A stretch of 63,495 nucleotides of DNA, filler included, from Octopus bimaculoides (GCF_001194135.2; 4 parts of 4 records of this genome joined end to end with filler, not necessarily neighbours in it), one strand, 5' to 3'. Positions 50,108 to 63,324 are shown, counted from the first letter of the whole stretch. Notes: a model not told the origin generated them from the sequence alone. Program-made: numbers and translations.

Positions 50108-50330
50108 TAACCCTTTAGCGTTTCAACCAGCCATATCCAGCCCTAATATTCTGCTTGTTTTATGTTCAAACTGGTCAGATCTGGCCTCTCACACATACCC
50201 TAGATTACTATTCTGAAAATAAGCAATCATATCATCGAAATCCCAAAGCTTCAAGATAGTTCAGGATTAATTTAAAACTGAATAAATAAGCATTACATTT
50301 GATAGAATAATCTGAATGCTAAAGGATTAA
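50108..50330. mobile_element. About 225 bp MITE, same family as 22929-23156
   Basis: TIRs taaccctttagcg and gctaaaggattaa. Confidence 0.8.
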
Positions 50331-50649
50331 AATAATTTCCTCACTGTGGCATGGTAAATTATATCCAGTCCACACTGTAAAATGGCTAGTGACGGGAGGG
50401 GCATCTAACTGGAAACCATATATAAAATAAATAAAGGAATGAATGGAGGTGATATAAGGGAGAGGGGACACTTCAGTATTGTACAGACAACCTCTTTAGT
50501 GCACAATAAAATGTAACTAGTTCAGGTTGTAAAACAGGGCATTCCAGCTACCTGGCAACAGACCAATCCAGGACCATGAATCATTTGATACTGAGCCACA
50601 CAGAAAGAATAAATTTGCAAGTGGTCTTGCATTATATATGGAATATATA

Positions 50650-51170
50650 TCTATATATATATAAAGATGACAACGTGTGTCTGCAAGCCTTCTATATATA
50701 TATAAAGATGAGAATGTGTGTCTGTGAGTGTCATGTAATGTTATGAATTGTGTCTGCCCCTCTGGCGAATCCCCGACATGTTATGAATTGGATCTGCCCC
50801 TCTGGCGAATCTCCGACATGTCATAATGTGTGTCTGTGAGTGTCATGTAATGTTATGAATTGTGTCTGCCCCTCTGGTGAATCTCCGACATGTCATGTAA
50901 TGTTATGAGTTGGGTCTGCCCCTCTGGCGAATCCCCGACATGTCATCTAATGTTATGAGTTGGATCTGCCCCTCTGGCGAATCTCCGACATGTCATCTAA
51001 TGTTATGAGTTGGTTCTGCCCCTCTGGCGAATCTCCGACATGTCATGTAATGTTATGAGTTGGGTCTGCCCCTCTGGCGAATCCCCGACATGTCATGTAA
51101 TGTTATGGATTGAGTCTGCCCCTCTGGCGAATCTCCGACATGTCATGTAATGTTATGGGTTGGGTCTGCN
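50650..51170 (+). repeat. 50 bp minisatellite behind two Helitron-like 5' ends
   Basis: Unit atgtcatgtaatgttatgagttgggtctgcccctctggcgaatctccgac (starts 50891, 50941, 50991); a tctatatatatataaagatg lead-in occurs at 50650 and 50691. Confidence 0.85.
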
Positions 51171-51561
51171 NNNNNNNNNNNNNNNNNNNNNNNNNNNNNN
51201 NNNNNNNNNNNNNTTAATTAATTAANNNNNNNNNNNNNNNNNNNNNNNNNNNNNNNNNNNNNNNNNNNNTATATATATATATATATATATATATATGGAG
51301 TCAAATTCTCATTTAACGAAAATTTTGTTCAAAGTCCATTTAACGATCCGCAAAATTTGATTTTGCAAAGATTTGTGTATAAACTCTCAACATAGATGAT
51401 ATTTAACGAAATTTGGAGTAGCGAATACATAAAAAAGGATTTGAAATGAATTTTAGATATATTTTGGTGATTTTTTAAATAAATTTCAAATAACGTAATA
51501 ACATGTCTATCACTTTATTTGTATAATAATGGGAGGCAAGAGTATTCGTGTAGGCTCCGAT

Positions 51562-52493
51562 ACCAAGACCGGCAAAATAGCCTATTTTCCCGGTTGTGCA
51601 ACTAGTACTCTTTTGCATAAATATGTACACTGGTTAGTTCGCTGTCTGATATGCTATTAGAATTCATAATTTTATTCATTAAATTATCATTTATTTTAAT
51701 GCGGTATGTGTAAACATGTAAATGAAGTATTATTTGAGGTATTGGTTGTGGGAGATGTGTAAGCAGGAGTTGAAAATCATATGCAAAATCATAACTATAA
51801 AGTACATGGCACGTGAAATCTTTAGCTTTAAAGTTTGTGTCAAAGTGGAGGTTAATCCGAAGAAAAAACATATTATGGAATTGTATAATCACTTTCTCCG
51901 ATTGTGTCCCTAAAGTCCTTGTGCGATTTAAAAAATGTATTACTCAACATTTATAAAGCCTAGAACTCTATAGTATAACGTACGAAAGCCTTACTTTTAC
52001 AGTTTGTGTCAAAGAAGGGTTCATTCGGAAAGATAAATATTTCAAGCAAAATATGGCATTTTTATCAAGGAACGTCATGATTTTAGGAATTGATGGTAAA
52101 AATGATTTTAAATTGTCTTATAAATATTGATAGTGAACATAAACATATTTCTGTGTTAAATCTGTGTTGTTATTTTTAACATTACCTGCCTTCATAATGA
52201 TAAAAATAATTAGGCATGTTTGTCTTATTTACCAGTGGCACTATTGAAATTTACCGGTTAAATAGACTCCCACTCCATTAGTTAGTTCCATGATTATACT
52301 GTATGAATATTGTTTATTGTTTTATGAATATTTCCTTTTATTAAAGATGACTAATAATGTATTTGTTATTTTGAAAATATATTCTTAGTTCTAAAACACT
52401 ATTTATTTTAATCGGCAAAATAGCCTGGGTGTTTATTTTACCTGGACTGGCACCGGCACAACCGGGAAAATAGCCTGTTTTGCCAGTCCCGAC
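51562..52493. mobile_element. About 930 bp non-autonomous DNA transposon
   Basis: 31 bp inverted repeats ccggcaaaatagcctattttcccggttgtgc (51569-51599) and gcacaaccgggaaaatagcctgttttgccag (52456-52486); AT-rich non-coding interior. Confidence 0.7.
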
Positions 52494-53439
52494 AAAATAA
52501 CCTCTTCCAAATGTATTTTAATCAAAATGTCATCATATGCAGTAAAATATNNNNNNNNNNNNNNNNNNNNNNNNNNNNNNNNNNNNNNNNNNNNNNNNNN
52601 NNNNNNNNNNNNNNNNNNNNNNNNNNNNNNNNNNNNNNNNNNNNNNNNNNNNNNNNNNNNNNNNNNNNNNNNNNNNNNNNNNNNNNNNNNNNNNNNNNNN
52701 NNNNNNNNNNNNNNNNNNNNNNNNNNNNNNNNNNNNNNNNNNNNNNNNNNNNNNNNNNNNNNNNNNNNNNNNNNNNNNNNNNNNNNNNNNNNNNNNNNNN
52801 NNNNNNNNNNNNNNNNNNNNNNNNNNNNNNNNNNNNNNNNNNNNNNNNNNNNNNNNNNNNNNNNNNNNNNNNNNNNNNNNNNNNNNNNNNNNNNNNNNNN
52901 NNNNNNNNNNNNNNNNNNNNNNNNNNNNNNNNNNNNNNNNNNNNNNNNNNNNNNNNNNNNNNNNNNNNNNNNNNNNNNNNNNNNNNNNNNNNNNNNNNNN
53001 NNNNNNNNNNNNNNNNNNNNNNNNNNNNNNNNNNNNNNNNNNNNNNNNNNNNNNNNNNNNNNNNNNNNNNNNNNNNNNNNNNNNNNNNNNNNNNNNNNNT
53101 ATATATATATATATGCATTTGTGTGCATGGGTGCGTGCGTGTGGGTGGCTGTGTACACACGTGTGATGTTGTGACTGCAATCTAATGACTGAAACAAATA
53201 GGAGATAAAAGATTATGTATATAAGTGTACACAAAAGTAACCGGAAAGGAAATTCTGTTAGACCTCGTGCCTTTAGCAATACAACAGTACATTTTCATTT
53301 CTTACTTCGGAATTTTTTCTCTTCTGCACTCTGGACATACAAATTTTCAGTGATATACTGGATATTTTTGTTAGAATATATTTTGAACAGAAGTAGGGGG
53401 AAAATAGTTTCAAATATAAAGAAAGCACGGAATAATATG

Positions 53440-54410
53440 CCCAATCCATAAAGGGGGAAGCAGGGCAGATACCAAAAACTATAGGCCTATCTATCTGACT
53501 TCACACATCAGCAAAGTCATGGAAAGGATAGTCAGATGAAAACTAATCGCATTCGTTGAAGAAAATAAATCGCTGAGTGATACCCAACATGGCCTTCGAC
53601 CAGGTAGGAGCTGCCTGACCCAGCTCTTACAACATTATGACTGGGTGTTGAGACAGTTACTCAACAAGTCATGTGGACGTAACATACCTTGATTTTGCAA
53701 AAGCTTTTGACAAAATGGATCATGGTATGATATGCCACAAACTGCGTGATCTTGGCATAGCTGGAAAACTTAGAGAGTGGTTACATGACTTTCTGAAAGA
53801 TAGANNNNNNNNNNGAGTGGTTACATGACTTTCTGAAAGATAGAAGTCAGGCCGTAGTGGCTAATGGAGCCACCTCTATGAAAACACAAATAACGAGCGG
53901 TGTTCCACAGGGCACTGTCTTGGGACCATTGCTTCTCAGATATGCCTTCGAGTGCCCGGATAGCCACTCTTGCAAGCTACGCAGACGATACGAAAGTCTC
54001 GCAGAAAATACAGAACTCCAGTGATGTTGCACACCTGCAGCAGGAGTTGGACTCAGTTTACAGATGGGCTGAGGATAATAATATGCAGTTTAATGCTGAA
54101 AAATTCTAAGCCCNNNNNNNNNNNNNNNNNNNNNNNNNNNNNNNNNNNNNNNNNNNNNNNNNNNNNNNNNNCAAGAGCCTGAGGAACCTGCACAAAGTAG
54201 ATGTAGGGGTTTTTAAATCAAAGCTGGATCTCTTTCTGTCGAGAGTCCCAGATGAACCTACCGCGCGGCAGGAGGTGCAAATGAGGGTTGCTAAATCAAA
54301 CTCTATTCTTCACCAAGTGCCACATATTGTAAGAGGCTCCCTGTATTAACAGTGTAGCAACACGGCGGTGCATCAGCATGGCCGCAGCTCTAAGCGGAAA
54401 CTATAAAATA
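53440..54410 (+). mobile_element. CR1-type LINE, 5'-truncated, with RT and 3' tail
   Basis: KNYRPIYLTSHISKVMERIV, QHGLRPGRSCLTQLL, LDFAKAFDKMDH, SGVPQGTVLGPLL, YADDTK (53978), A-rich tail at 54400-54417. Confidence 0.95.
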
Positions 54411-56350
54411 AAAAAAAGCAGAAACTGGTAATTGATATAAAGACATTTCTTTTAATCCTGCCACAAATATACTAAACCAGGCAATTTATTTCTGCCAGTG
54501 TTACTTCTACACCCGGTACAGATAAGTAACTCTACTACAAAAGTTAATCAAATGCTAACAGAAAAGAGATGAAGCAATTCACAGTAAATCGAGGATTACA
54601 GATTAAGAGTTTCGTTTCTGTAGATTTACATTCCTTAAAAATTGTTTCATTTTTGTGGAAACGAAGCACCATAAATGTTTGAGAAAAAATAAGTTGGAAA
54701 GAAATTACACATTTCGTAATCTGTCTTAACTTTAAACAATATTTGAGCTTACAAATCTAATTTCAATTTTTGTTAACAGAAATTGCGTTTTCAAATGCAA
54801 CTGTCAAAAGCATTTGCCAGGAAAGAGAGCATTTTGGATTGCAAATAAGATGTGTTGCGGTTAGTGACGACCCTTGAGTTTATTTATCATTTTGTTTCAA
54901 CACTTTTTACATCCACCTAATTGAAATAACAGCTAATTTTCGGTAGAGATAACTGAAAATTAATCGTCAAAGAGAAACTATAATACAAAAGATTAGCGAA
55001 AGTGAAAACTAAAATTTCTGAATATTGCCAGCAACAATGAAAGGTTTTAAATGACCGTCATCAGAGAAAATTTTGCGAGAATGGAACTAGTTTGCTAAAA
55101 ATAACATCAGACAAATTTATATTTCATTTAAAAAAACACGAAATTAAGAAAATTTATCACAGAAACAATACAAATACTTTTAAATGAACAAGTATTTCTA
55201 AAGCATAGAAAAATATGAAACGAATGTAATAAAAACGTAAAAAATTATATTCGAAAAATTAAGGCGATCTTTTCATTTAGAAAGTAAAATATCACATTAA
55301 GTAAAATATCAATGAGAATAAAACTAACAAAAATAGTGAATGTAGAAAAATAATTTAACTTCCCTGGATAACAGAAAAGTGAATATATTAACGCATAAAA
55401 ACCGGTTATTATTATAGTTTCCAGTTTAGTTTTGAGCAGCATCATACAGTTGGTTTATTAGGGTCGCATTGGAGAAAATAAGAAAATAAGAAATCAGGAT
55501 TGCCAATCATTGCTCAATGTTATAGGATTCTTAGAATTATTGAATAAAGCATGATGAAAAATAACGATATACGATCTTCTTAATAGTTTGTATGCTCCAA
55601 GGCAGGACAAAGGATTTTGACACACACAAATACAAGCAACCGTCAATAAAATTATGTAATATTATAGAAAAAGAAATTGAAATTTTAATGCGTTACGAAC
55701 GATACGTTAAAAATAGAATTTCGGATATGTAGTTTTTCATTTTCCAGTATAGTAATTTCATATGATGAGAAATATTAATTTGAACATCTATTAAAATTTC
55801 AAGTAAAAAAAACAAAAGCAAACACAACGGTTTTAGGTAGAGCGAGATGTAATTTTGCAATCAAAACTGAATTCAAACTTAAAATTTTGGAAGACGTATA
55901 TAATGCACTTACTTGTTCTCCCGCAAAATCAAACTGAAGGCTTCGATGCTGAATTGAATAATGAAGATTAGGAATAGCAATACACACGTGTGTGTGAAGC
56001 GCGCGCACGTAAGACTTTAATGGCAAATGGTCATTGATAGGTCATTCGCAGAAGGAGACCCAATGGAATTTGAAAAGGAGATAACGACTTTTTTCTGTCT
56101 ATCTGTCTCTTTATCTATCTCTCTATCGTTATAAGCATTCATATATAATAGAATAAAGGCATAAACAGGCAAACAATTTGTATTTGGTCAGATCATAACA
56201 TTTAGGTGTTTAAATATTGACAAAACTTGAGGGTCGAAATGGATGTTACTGGAGTTTACATTTCAAGAGATCAATAAAACATCAGAAGAAGAATCTCCAT
56301 AGTGCCTTTGCATACATACATACATACATACATATATAGACTTACATACG

Positions 56351-56392
<42 letters not shown>

Positions 56393-56911
56393 NNNNNNNN
56401 NNNNNNNNNNNNNNNNNNNNNNNNNNNNNNNNNNNNNNNNNNNNNNNNNNNNNNNNNNNNNNNNNNNNNNNNNNNNNNNNNNNNNNNNNNNNNNNNNNNN
56501 NNNNNNNNNNNNNNNNNNNNNNNNNNNNNNNNNNNNNNNNNNNNNNNNNNNNNNNNNNNNNNNNNNNNNNNNNNNNNNNNNNNNNNNNNNNNNNNNNNNN
56601 NNNNNNNNNNNNNNNNNNNNNNNNNNNNNNNNNNNNNNNNNNNNNNNNNNNNNNNNTATATATATATATATATATATATATGCATACGTTATTCATAATT
56701 AATACAGTATATTTTGCAACAGTGTTTCTGGTGTTCGTTGGTTTGCTTTGTTTTATTTTGCTTTTCTTGTTTTTAGTTGCTTTTGGGATTGAGTCAATAG
56801 CTGCAGTTCGATCTGGTGCCAGGATGTCGCTAACATGGACAAACCATGTTATTAATCATCTTAAAAATTATTTTATATGTTTGTGTGTATACACACTACA
56901 CATCCGCTCAC

Positions 56912-57000
56912 GTTGGATGTTTGTTGCAGGAAAGAGGAAGATCGTGAGACCTGATTTTTCACGTGACATCACTTCCCCCTCACACTCTTCCGCTCCTGTC
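56912..57000 (-). promoter_or_regulatory. Candidate TCT-type core promoter and 23 nt non-coding first exon
   Basis: Minus strand reads agcggaag, ggaagtga (ETS), gtcacgtga (E-box), polypyrimidine cttcctctttcc, then donor caac|gtgagc at 56911. Confidence 0.4.
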
Positions 57001-57149
57001 ATCTCCCTTGAATGCCGATATCATTACCCATCACGTACATGAATAGAGAGAAGGAAAGAGAGGGTGAGGTTGAGAGAAAGAGAGAGAGGGAGAGGGTAAA
57101 AGACAGACAGATAGACAGAGAAAATGCTGTATAGCTCAACAAGACATCA

Positions 57150-58130
57150 GTGTACCTGAACTAGAAGCAGGGTGAAGATCATGTAGCTTGTGCTGAGATA
57201 GAGAATTCATGCTGTCGAGAATGAGACTGATTCAGTAACGGTTCGAGGATGGGTGGCAGCGAAAGTCATCAATTAGAAGGGAGTCAGAACAAAAGTGGCC
57301 GCAGAAATGTTAATCAAATGTCACCTAGAAATGTTGAGGAAGCCAACTGATGACTTTGTCTGCAGCTAGCGTGGAGTGTTTGCACATTCGGGAAAAAATA
57401 AGGCACATGCTCTCACCAGAGTAAAAAGCCCTGGGTGGAAGTTCCGATCGATTAACCGGGTTACTGAAGTGGCTGCGTCATATCGACTGAATGTTCAGGA
57501 GCTGAGGCAACAGCACAACATGCATCATATGTGAACGGACCGGGTTCTGTTTTTGAAGGAAGTTAACGCTGACACCATAACGAAGAGCATTCAAAAGATG
57601 ATTGTGAACTGCTACAGGTATGAATCCACTGACCCCCCACTCACCAAGCGTGCATAAAACAAGGAAAATTCGGGTAGAGGAAGACTGGGAGAGGCTGACG
57701 ATAGATATGATGGCATATTGGGGAAGATTGTACCTATCAATGGTTGACTGTAGGCCAGGGAAGATGGCGAGATGGAGATAAATCAGGATGAAGACTACGG
57801 TTGAAATTGTAGACGTACTGAATGCAACATTCCTGGAAAGGTAGGCTATGGCGTAGCTGTAGGTGAACATTACAGCGTTTTGTCCAGGGTAGTTGAAGGA
57901 AATACTCGGAAGATGACGCATCAGACGCTTCTACAGAGACTCATATAAGGCACGTGGAAATGGAACTGTGGAAAGACAAAGGACATCATCACACAATGAA
58001 GGCCATGGCTGAGAGGGGCCGATTCTCCACTTACTCGGACACATATCCCGTACAGTATATCGCCCAAAATATTTCTCATAAACACATTTTATGAAATGAT
58101 GAGAAGAACTAACACACGCGTGATCCATTC
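57150..58130 (+). mobile_element. Ty3/Gypsy-type RNase H and integrase remnant
   Basis: TDSVTVRGWV, AAEMLIK, KNKAHALTRV, WERLTID...LYLSMVDC, GNGTVER, HHHTMKAMAERG; many stops. Confidence 0.8.
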
Positions 58131-58204
58131 CTAAAATATAAGCAACACCAAAACTAATTGTAATTCAAATTTTTAAACTCTTTCTCATCGTTCAGATCGA
58201 CACC

Positions 58205-58289
<85 letters not shown>

Positions 58290-58949
58290 AACACATATAC
58301 TAATAGAATTTTTTTAAATCACTGTGGATAAATCGCAGATATGGCCTTCGAAGGCTCTCCGATATTTTAAAATTATAAACCAAAATGGAAGGATGAGGCG
58401 CAAACGTCATAAAATTTTAAAATTATTTTAGCATAAATGTGTTTATGGGGAGAAAATATTGTAAACCACCAATGCATGTGAGAGAGACAAAGAAACGAGG
58501 AAGGAGGACGTGGGATGTGAAAGAAATCACAGTCAAATCTCCCTTAAATCAAACAACTGTTCTTCGGAAAATAATTAGAAAATTTCTCTTTTTATTGAAA
58601 AGGGTTCTTGCATGGTTTTTTAGTGCGTAATGTCAAAAATATTGGCCGAAATTGGTCTGGTTGGGAGAGATTGGGGGAAGGTGAAATGAAAAAAAGTTCA
58701 TAATTTTTCAGAATTTTTGTTTGTTATAAAAAGGTGCCCGACCCACCATCATTTCGAAGGCCGTGGTGAAAACAAAACCTGGAAAAATTCATCTCAAAAC
58801 GGAGAAAATCCAACTTATGTAGGCGCCCTGACTAGAAATTTTGGCGAATCATTTATCAAAATTAGTTGCATGAAGATAGAAAGTGAAATTTTCAATATGC
58901 GAATAATCTTGCAAACTACGATTACAAGCATTCTGTCGGTTGGGATGAT

Positions 58950-59255
58950 GAGGTTTCAAATTTATCGTATCGACAGAACAGCCAACCCGCTCGCAAATTG
59001 AATGAACAAGTAGTTGAGCACTCCACAGTCGCGCAAACACGTAACGTAGTCCTCAGAGAGATCCAGCGCGAAACAATGTGACAAAGCTGGCCGTTTTGAA
59101 ATACAGGTACAACTCATATTTGCTAGCTGAGTGGATTGGCGTAATGTGAAATAAAGTGTCTTGCTCGAGGACACAACGCGCTGCCACGTATTGAACTCAT
59201 GATATTACGACTATAAGCCGAATACCCTAACCACTTAACCACGCGCCTTCACCTC
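58950..59255 (-). mobile_element. SINE family C, diverged
   Basis: Matches the core and head of 44726-45106. Confidence 0.85.
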
Positions 59256-59798
59256 TTGCAAACAATTTCTGTCCCAACTGTGACTTTATAGGCAGGTCGA
59301 ATGTTGCCATAATTATCCTAACTCCGTGCTGATATTGTTGAAAGTAACACAAATTTGAAATAATGGAACTTGTGATCAACTGTGTAAAACAGATTCAGGA
59401 CGGAAAATACAAATACACAGTCATTAAAATGTATAAGATTCTTTTTCGACGTATCAAATTGTAAATAATGAAAACAAGTCAACTTAATTATAGAATTTTT
59501 ATCTCTGAATAAGTAAACTGTAAATATCGTAAACAACTTAAGTGTGTTGTGAAATTTTTATCTGTAGATAGTTACAATGTGTAAATAATTATATTGTGTG
59601 TTTATCTCGTTCTCTGCAGATAATATGCGCTTTTCTTGCGTCTGTATCGTGTCACATTTTTCAATTAAATAGGTTCTTTGTCTGAATTTTGCCTTCTTAT
59701 TACTTCAAATTCGTTGGAGTTATTTCTGTCCACATTAGTGAATTCCTGAACACTCAAATATTGTTTTCGATGAGAAAGCCATCATATGTGTGTGAGTA

Positions 59799-59831
<33 letters not shown>

Positions 59832-60479
59832 GTATGTGTGTGTGTAGGAAAGTTTGTTGAAAATGCACCTACATTTGAAATTCTTGTAATTGGTTTTAAA
59901 TAAATTTATTTACATACATTCCAAATTAGTTGGAACAATATTTTTTTTTTATCAATGGAAAAATTTTAAATAAAGGATTAGAAAATACTGTTTAAAAGTT
60001 TCAATGTTTACAAGTTACAATAAAATCAAATATGGTTTGAATGTTCAAAACATTCAATAATATAGAAAATGTGGATCATCTTGTTTAAATACACAGAATT
60101 CAATAGTGTTAGAAGTGATCAATAAGTGTTGTGGATTAACAAATGTTCCGTCATACTGAGTCAAGAATAAATAATATCACATATGATTTAAAGGTTCACA
60201 ATATTCAATAATACAAAAATGTGGATCATCTTGTTTAAATGCACAAAATTCAAAATTCTTAGGAGTGATCGATAAGAAATGTGGATCACCAAAGTTTCGG
60301 TCATACTGTTATAAGAGTGAGAAAACAAAGGAGAAATGAAGAGAGTAAAAAGGGTTCTTGTTTACAGTTCTGTGATTCTTTTCCCGTCGTGTGCAGAGAC
60401 TTTCGCTTGTAACGGTGTTTTTTTTTTTTGGAATCAGCTGTATTGATAATTTTTTTTCCGAGAACGGATTTCTAAAAAT

Positions 60480-60700
60480 GCTGGTGGACAAGTTTGTCGT
60501 TCTGCCTGATTGGTTTCCTTGTGGAGAATGGTTATCAGCCGTTCAGTTGGTTGACTCTCTTAAAGGTTCATTTTGTTGTATTTGATCGGAGATAAAATTT
60601 CATTGGTCTAGAGTTAATTGACGTCACCAACTGGTGTTTGTATGGTGTTATTGTATGGTGATTTGGAGTTGCGGATTCGAAACCCGCGTGGAAGACTACT
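60480..60700. promoter_or_regulatory. Promoter-like segment
   Basis: gattgg and cattgg CCAAT-like boxes, CRE tgacgtca near 60619, CpG-containing; orientation unknown. Confidence 0.25.
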
Positions 60701-62274
60701 ACTACTAAAGTTTTGGGGGGAGAAATTGTGTCCTTTTTCGTTTTGGTCTTCAGTGTCTTTTTCTTCTTTCTAAAGAATATTCAGCTGTGCTTTATATTAT
60801 TTTAATCATCATGCTTTCTTAATTTACACGTTTAAATAAGGAATTATATATATATATATATATATATATAAACACCTCTAACTACAGCCTACGTAGTTTG
60901 AAGTGGTCAGATAAAAGCCTGAGACGCAAGATATACAAAATGTTAAGAATTTAAAATAGGTACAACAATTTATATAAACATATCTCCTGCCTCAAGGCTT
61001 TCGGTCGACACACGCCAGCTCATTTTGGTTCGTCATTCTTAGTGGAAAGACACCTGTTATTTATTTTCTTGTTTCTATTTGTAATTGTCTTACATTTTCT
61101 CCGTTATTTTTTGTCTTTGTTTATCGTACACATTCGTTTGCTTTCTCCCAAAAATTTAATGTTCTTAGCTTAGATTTTTGGGGCCAGCCAGATTTCAACA
61201 GTCTCAAGTGTAACCGGCCGAAAGTGTAAGGATGACCTTGAACTGATGAGAGAAGACTGCGAATGACCCGTCGTGTTCTTTTCCTGTCCATCTTTTGTTG
61301 TCTTTCCTGTCCGTCTTTGTATCGTCCATCTCGCCGGATGTTTTATTGTCGTCTGTTGCGTTCTTACTCCATTTTGGGGATTTATATATACACAGAGCAG
61401 CGTACGTACACTTTCGCTCACCTTTTAGGTAAGTGTATATATATATATATATATATATATNNNNNNNNNNTATATATATATATATATATATATAAATATA
61501 TATATGTGTGCGTGTGTGGTTTAGGGGGCGTGCGTATACATGTGTGTCTGCGTGTCTGTGTGTCTGAGTTTGTACTCAATCACTGCTTGACAGCCTGTGT
61601 TAGTGAGTTTTTGTCTCCGTAACTTGGCGCTTCGTCAATAGTGATTGAAAGAATAAGCATCAGACTTTTAGAAAAGGAAGTACTGGGGTTGATTCATTCG
61701 CCTAAATAATTCCCCAACGCAGTGCCCCAGCATGACCGTGGTCCAATGACTAAAACAAGTAAAAGAAATATATATTATTTTGTGTTTCTTTGTTAGTTCA
61801 ATTGTTGTATTTCTTGCTGCATCCTCGCTTTGGAAATTATTGTTTTCAGATTTTGGAATGAGATCGGCAATTCCGGAGGACGGAGAAAATCGATTATTCG
61901 TCTGCTACTTATTTGAACGTCTCCAAAAAGTTTGAAAAGCAAAATCGACATTACCGAAATTTGAACACAGAACGTAAAAACGTATAAAATATCAATAAGT
62001 ATTTCGCATATCACGCTAACGATTCTGCCAGCTCAGCCATTCTCTATAGAAATGATTATTAATTAATACATTAATCCCATTATCGTTACTGTCCTGTCCT
62101 GCGAACAAATGCAATATTTATGGCGTCTAATGTCACCATGTCATCCTGGTTCACTTAATGTCACAGTGACTTATGGAGAAATATTTCTCTCAGCTCGTTT
62201 CGTTCTGTAAATCCAGTTTTCGTTACGGATTTCCACTGGGTCTTGCTGTTGCTGTTGTAGTATTTGTGAAAACG

Positions 62275-62510
62275 CCTAAGTGGTGGTGGCCTTCGTTTCG
62301 CCACCGAAAGGTCGCGAGTTCGATTACCGATAGCAAGACACTTTATTTCATGTTGCTCCCGTCCACTCAGCTGTCACATGTGAGTAGTACTTGCATTTCA
62401 AAGGGTCTGCTTAGTCACATTCGGTGTCTCGCCAAATTTCCCTGAAAACTATGTTAAGGGTATGATTGTCCGTGGGGTGCTCAGCCACCTGCACGTTAAT
62501 TTCACAACCA
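62275..62510 (+). mobile_element. SINE family C, diverged
   Basis: B-box-like gagttcgattacc, agcaagacactttatttcatgttgctcc, ggggtgctcagccacctgcacgttaatttcac. Confidence 0.8.
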
Positions 62511-62514
62511 GTCT

Positions 62515-63060
62515 GACCCCTCCACCTCGCGCATCTTCTCCAGCCTACCTCTTCCCTCCTTCGAACGAGCCCATAGCCAGCGTGACCCCCTGATCCAGTT
62601 CCTGTTTAACCCCCACCTTCCAGCTTGGCTCGTTCCACTTCCCCCGCCGACGCTGTTGCACCTGTCCCTACCTCTCCAACACCACCATCCTCACAGGCAC
62701 CCATCATCGTCTCTGTCACATCACCGACTCGTTTACCTGAACTTCTTATAACTTCATTTTCTGCAGCTCTTGCTCTCTCTGTCCTCCCCTGTACATCGAT
62801 CAAACGGGACGCCCCTTGGCTGACCAGTTCGCGGAGCACCTCCGAGACATCAGTCTCACGGCATTTCCACTCTACCGATCATTCGCTACAACATCCATTT
62901 GTTTTCGAAAGTTCTTTGCACTGGGATCATCCGAACTCCCGCCTTCGTCGTGAAAAATAATTTCTCTTCTCTCTTCACTCGTTTGCGCCACATGGGCGCA
63001 ACTCACCTCCTCTCTTCATCTGATACCAACCTCGCCTCCTCTCTTCGTTTGATACCAACC
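62515..63060 (+). mobile_element. Penelope-like element, GIY-YIG endonuclease remnant
   Basis: ITDSFT*TSYNFIFCSSCSLCPPLYIDQTGRPLADQFAEHLRDI, RHFHSTDHS, RLRREK, FAPHG. Confidence 0.85.
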
Positions 63061-63324
63061 CCACATTACTCCATACATACTAGCACTGACTACTTCCCAA
63101 CACCCACACACGCACCATCATCCACACACTCACACACAGTCTTCAATAGCGTCACCACACATACCACTGTAGGAACAGCGACAGGCACCGTTTAATTCAG
63201 TACACACACCACACACAATCACGAACACTCCACGCCATCACGAACACTCTACACCATCCAGAACACCGCACACCCACACAAGCACATAATACCTGAATAT
63301 TAGCCGATATATACATATAGGCGC

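Noticed and set aside
46620-51170. 107 bp and 50 bp arrays as CRISPR or RNA-gene clusters
   Set aside because: Head-to-tail near-identical units with no unique spacers, no cas genes and a eukaryotic context.
53775-53844. 30 bp direct repeat in the CR1 RT
   Set aside because: It is identical on both sides of a 10-N gap, so it is an unmerged contig overlap.
1677-56696. Many 100-390 aa ORFs containing X runs or poly-YI, HT, CV or SL tracts
   Set aside because: They are read-through of N gaps and microsatellites, not genes.
57478-58128. 147 aa and 65 aa minus-strand ORFs
   Set aside because: They are the antisense shadow of the plus-strand Gypsy integrase remnant.
62606-63195. ORFs of 77-111 aa near the right end
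   Set aside because: They are frames of the decayed Penelope GIY-YIG region.
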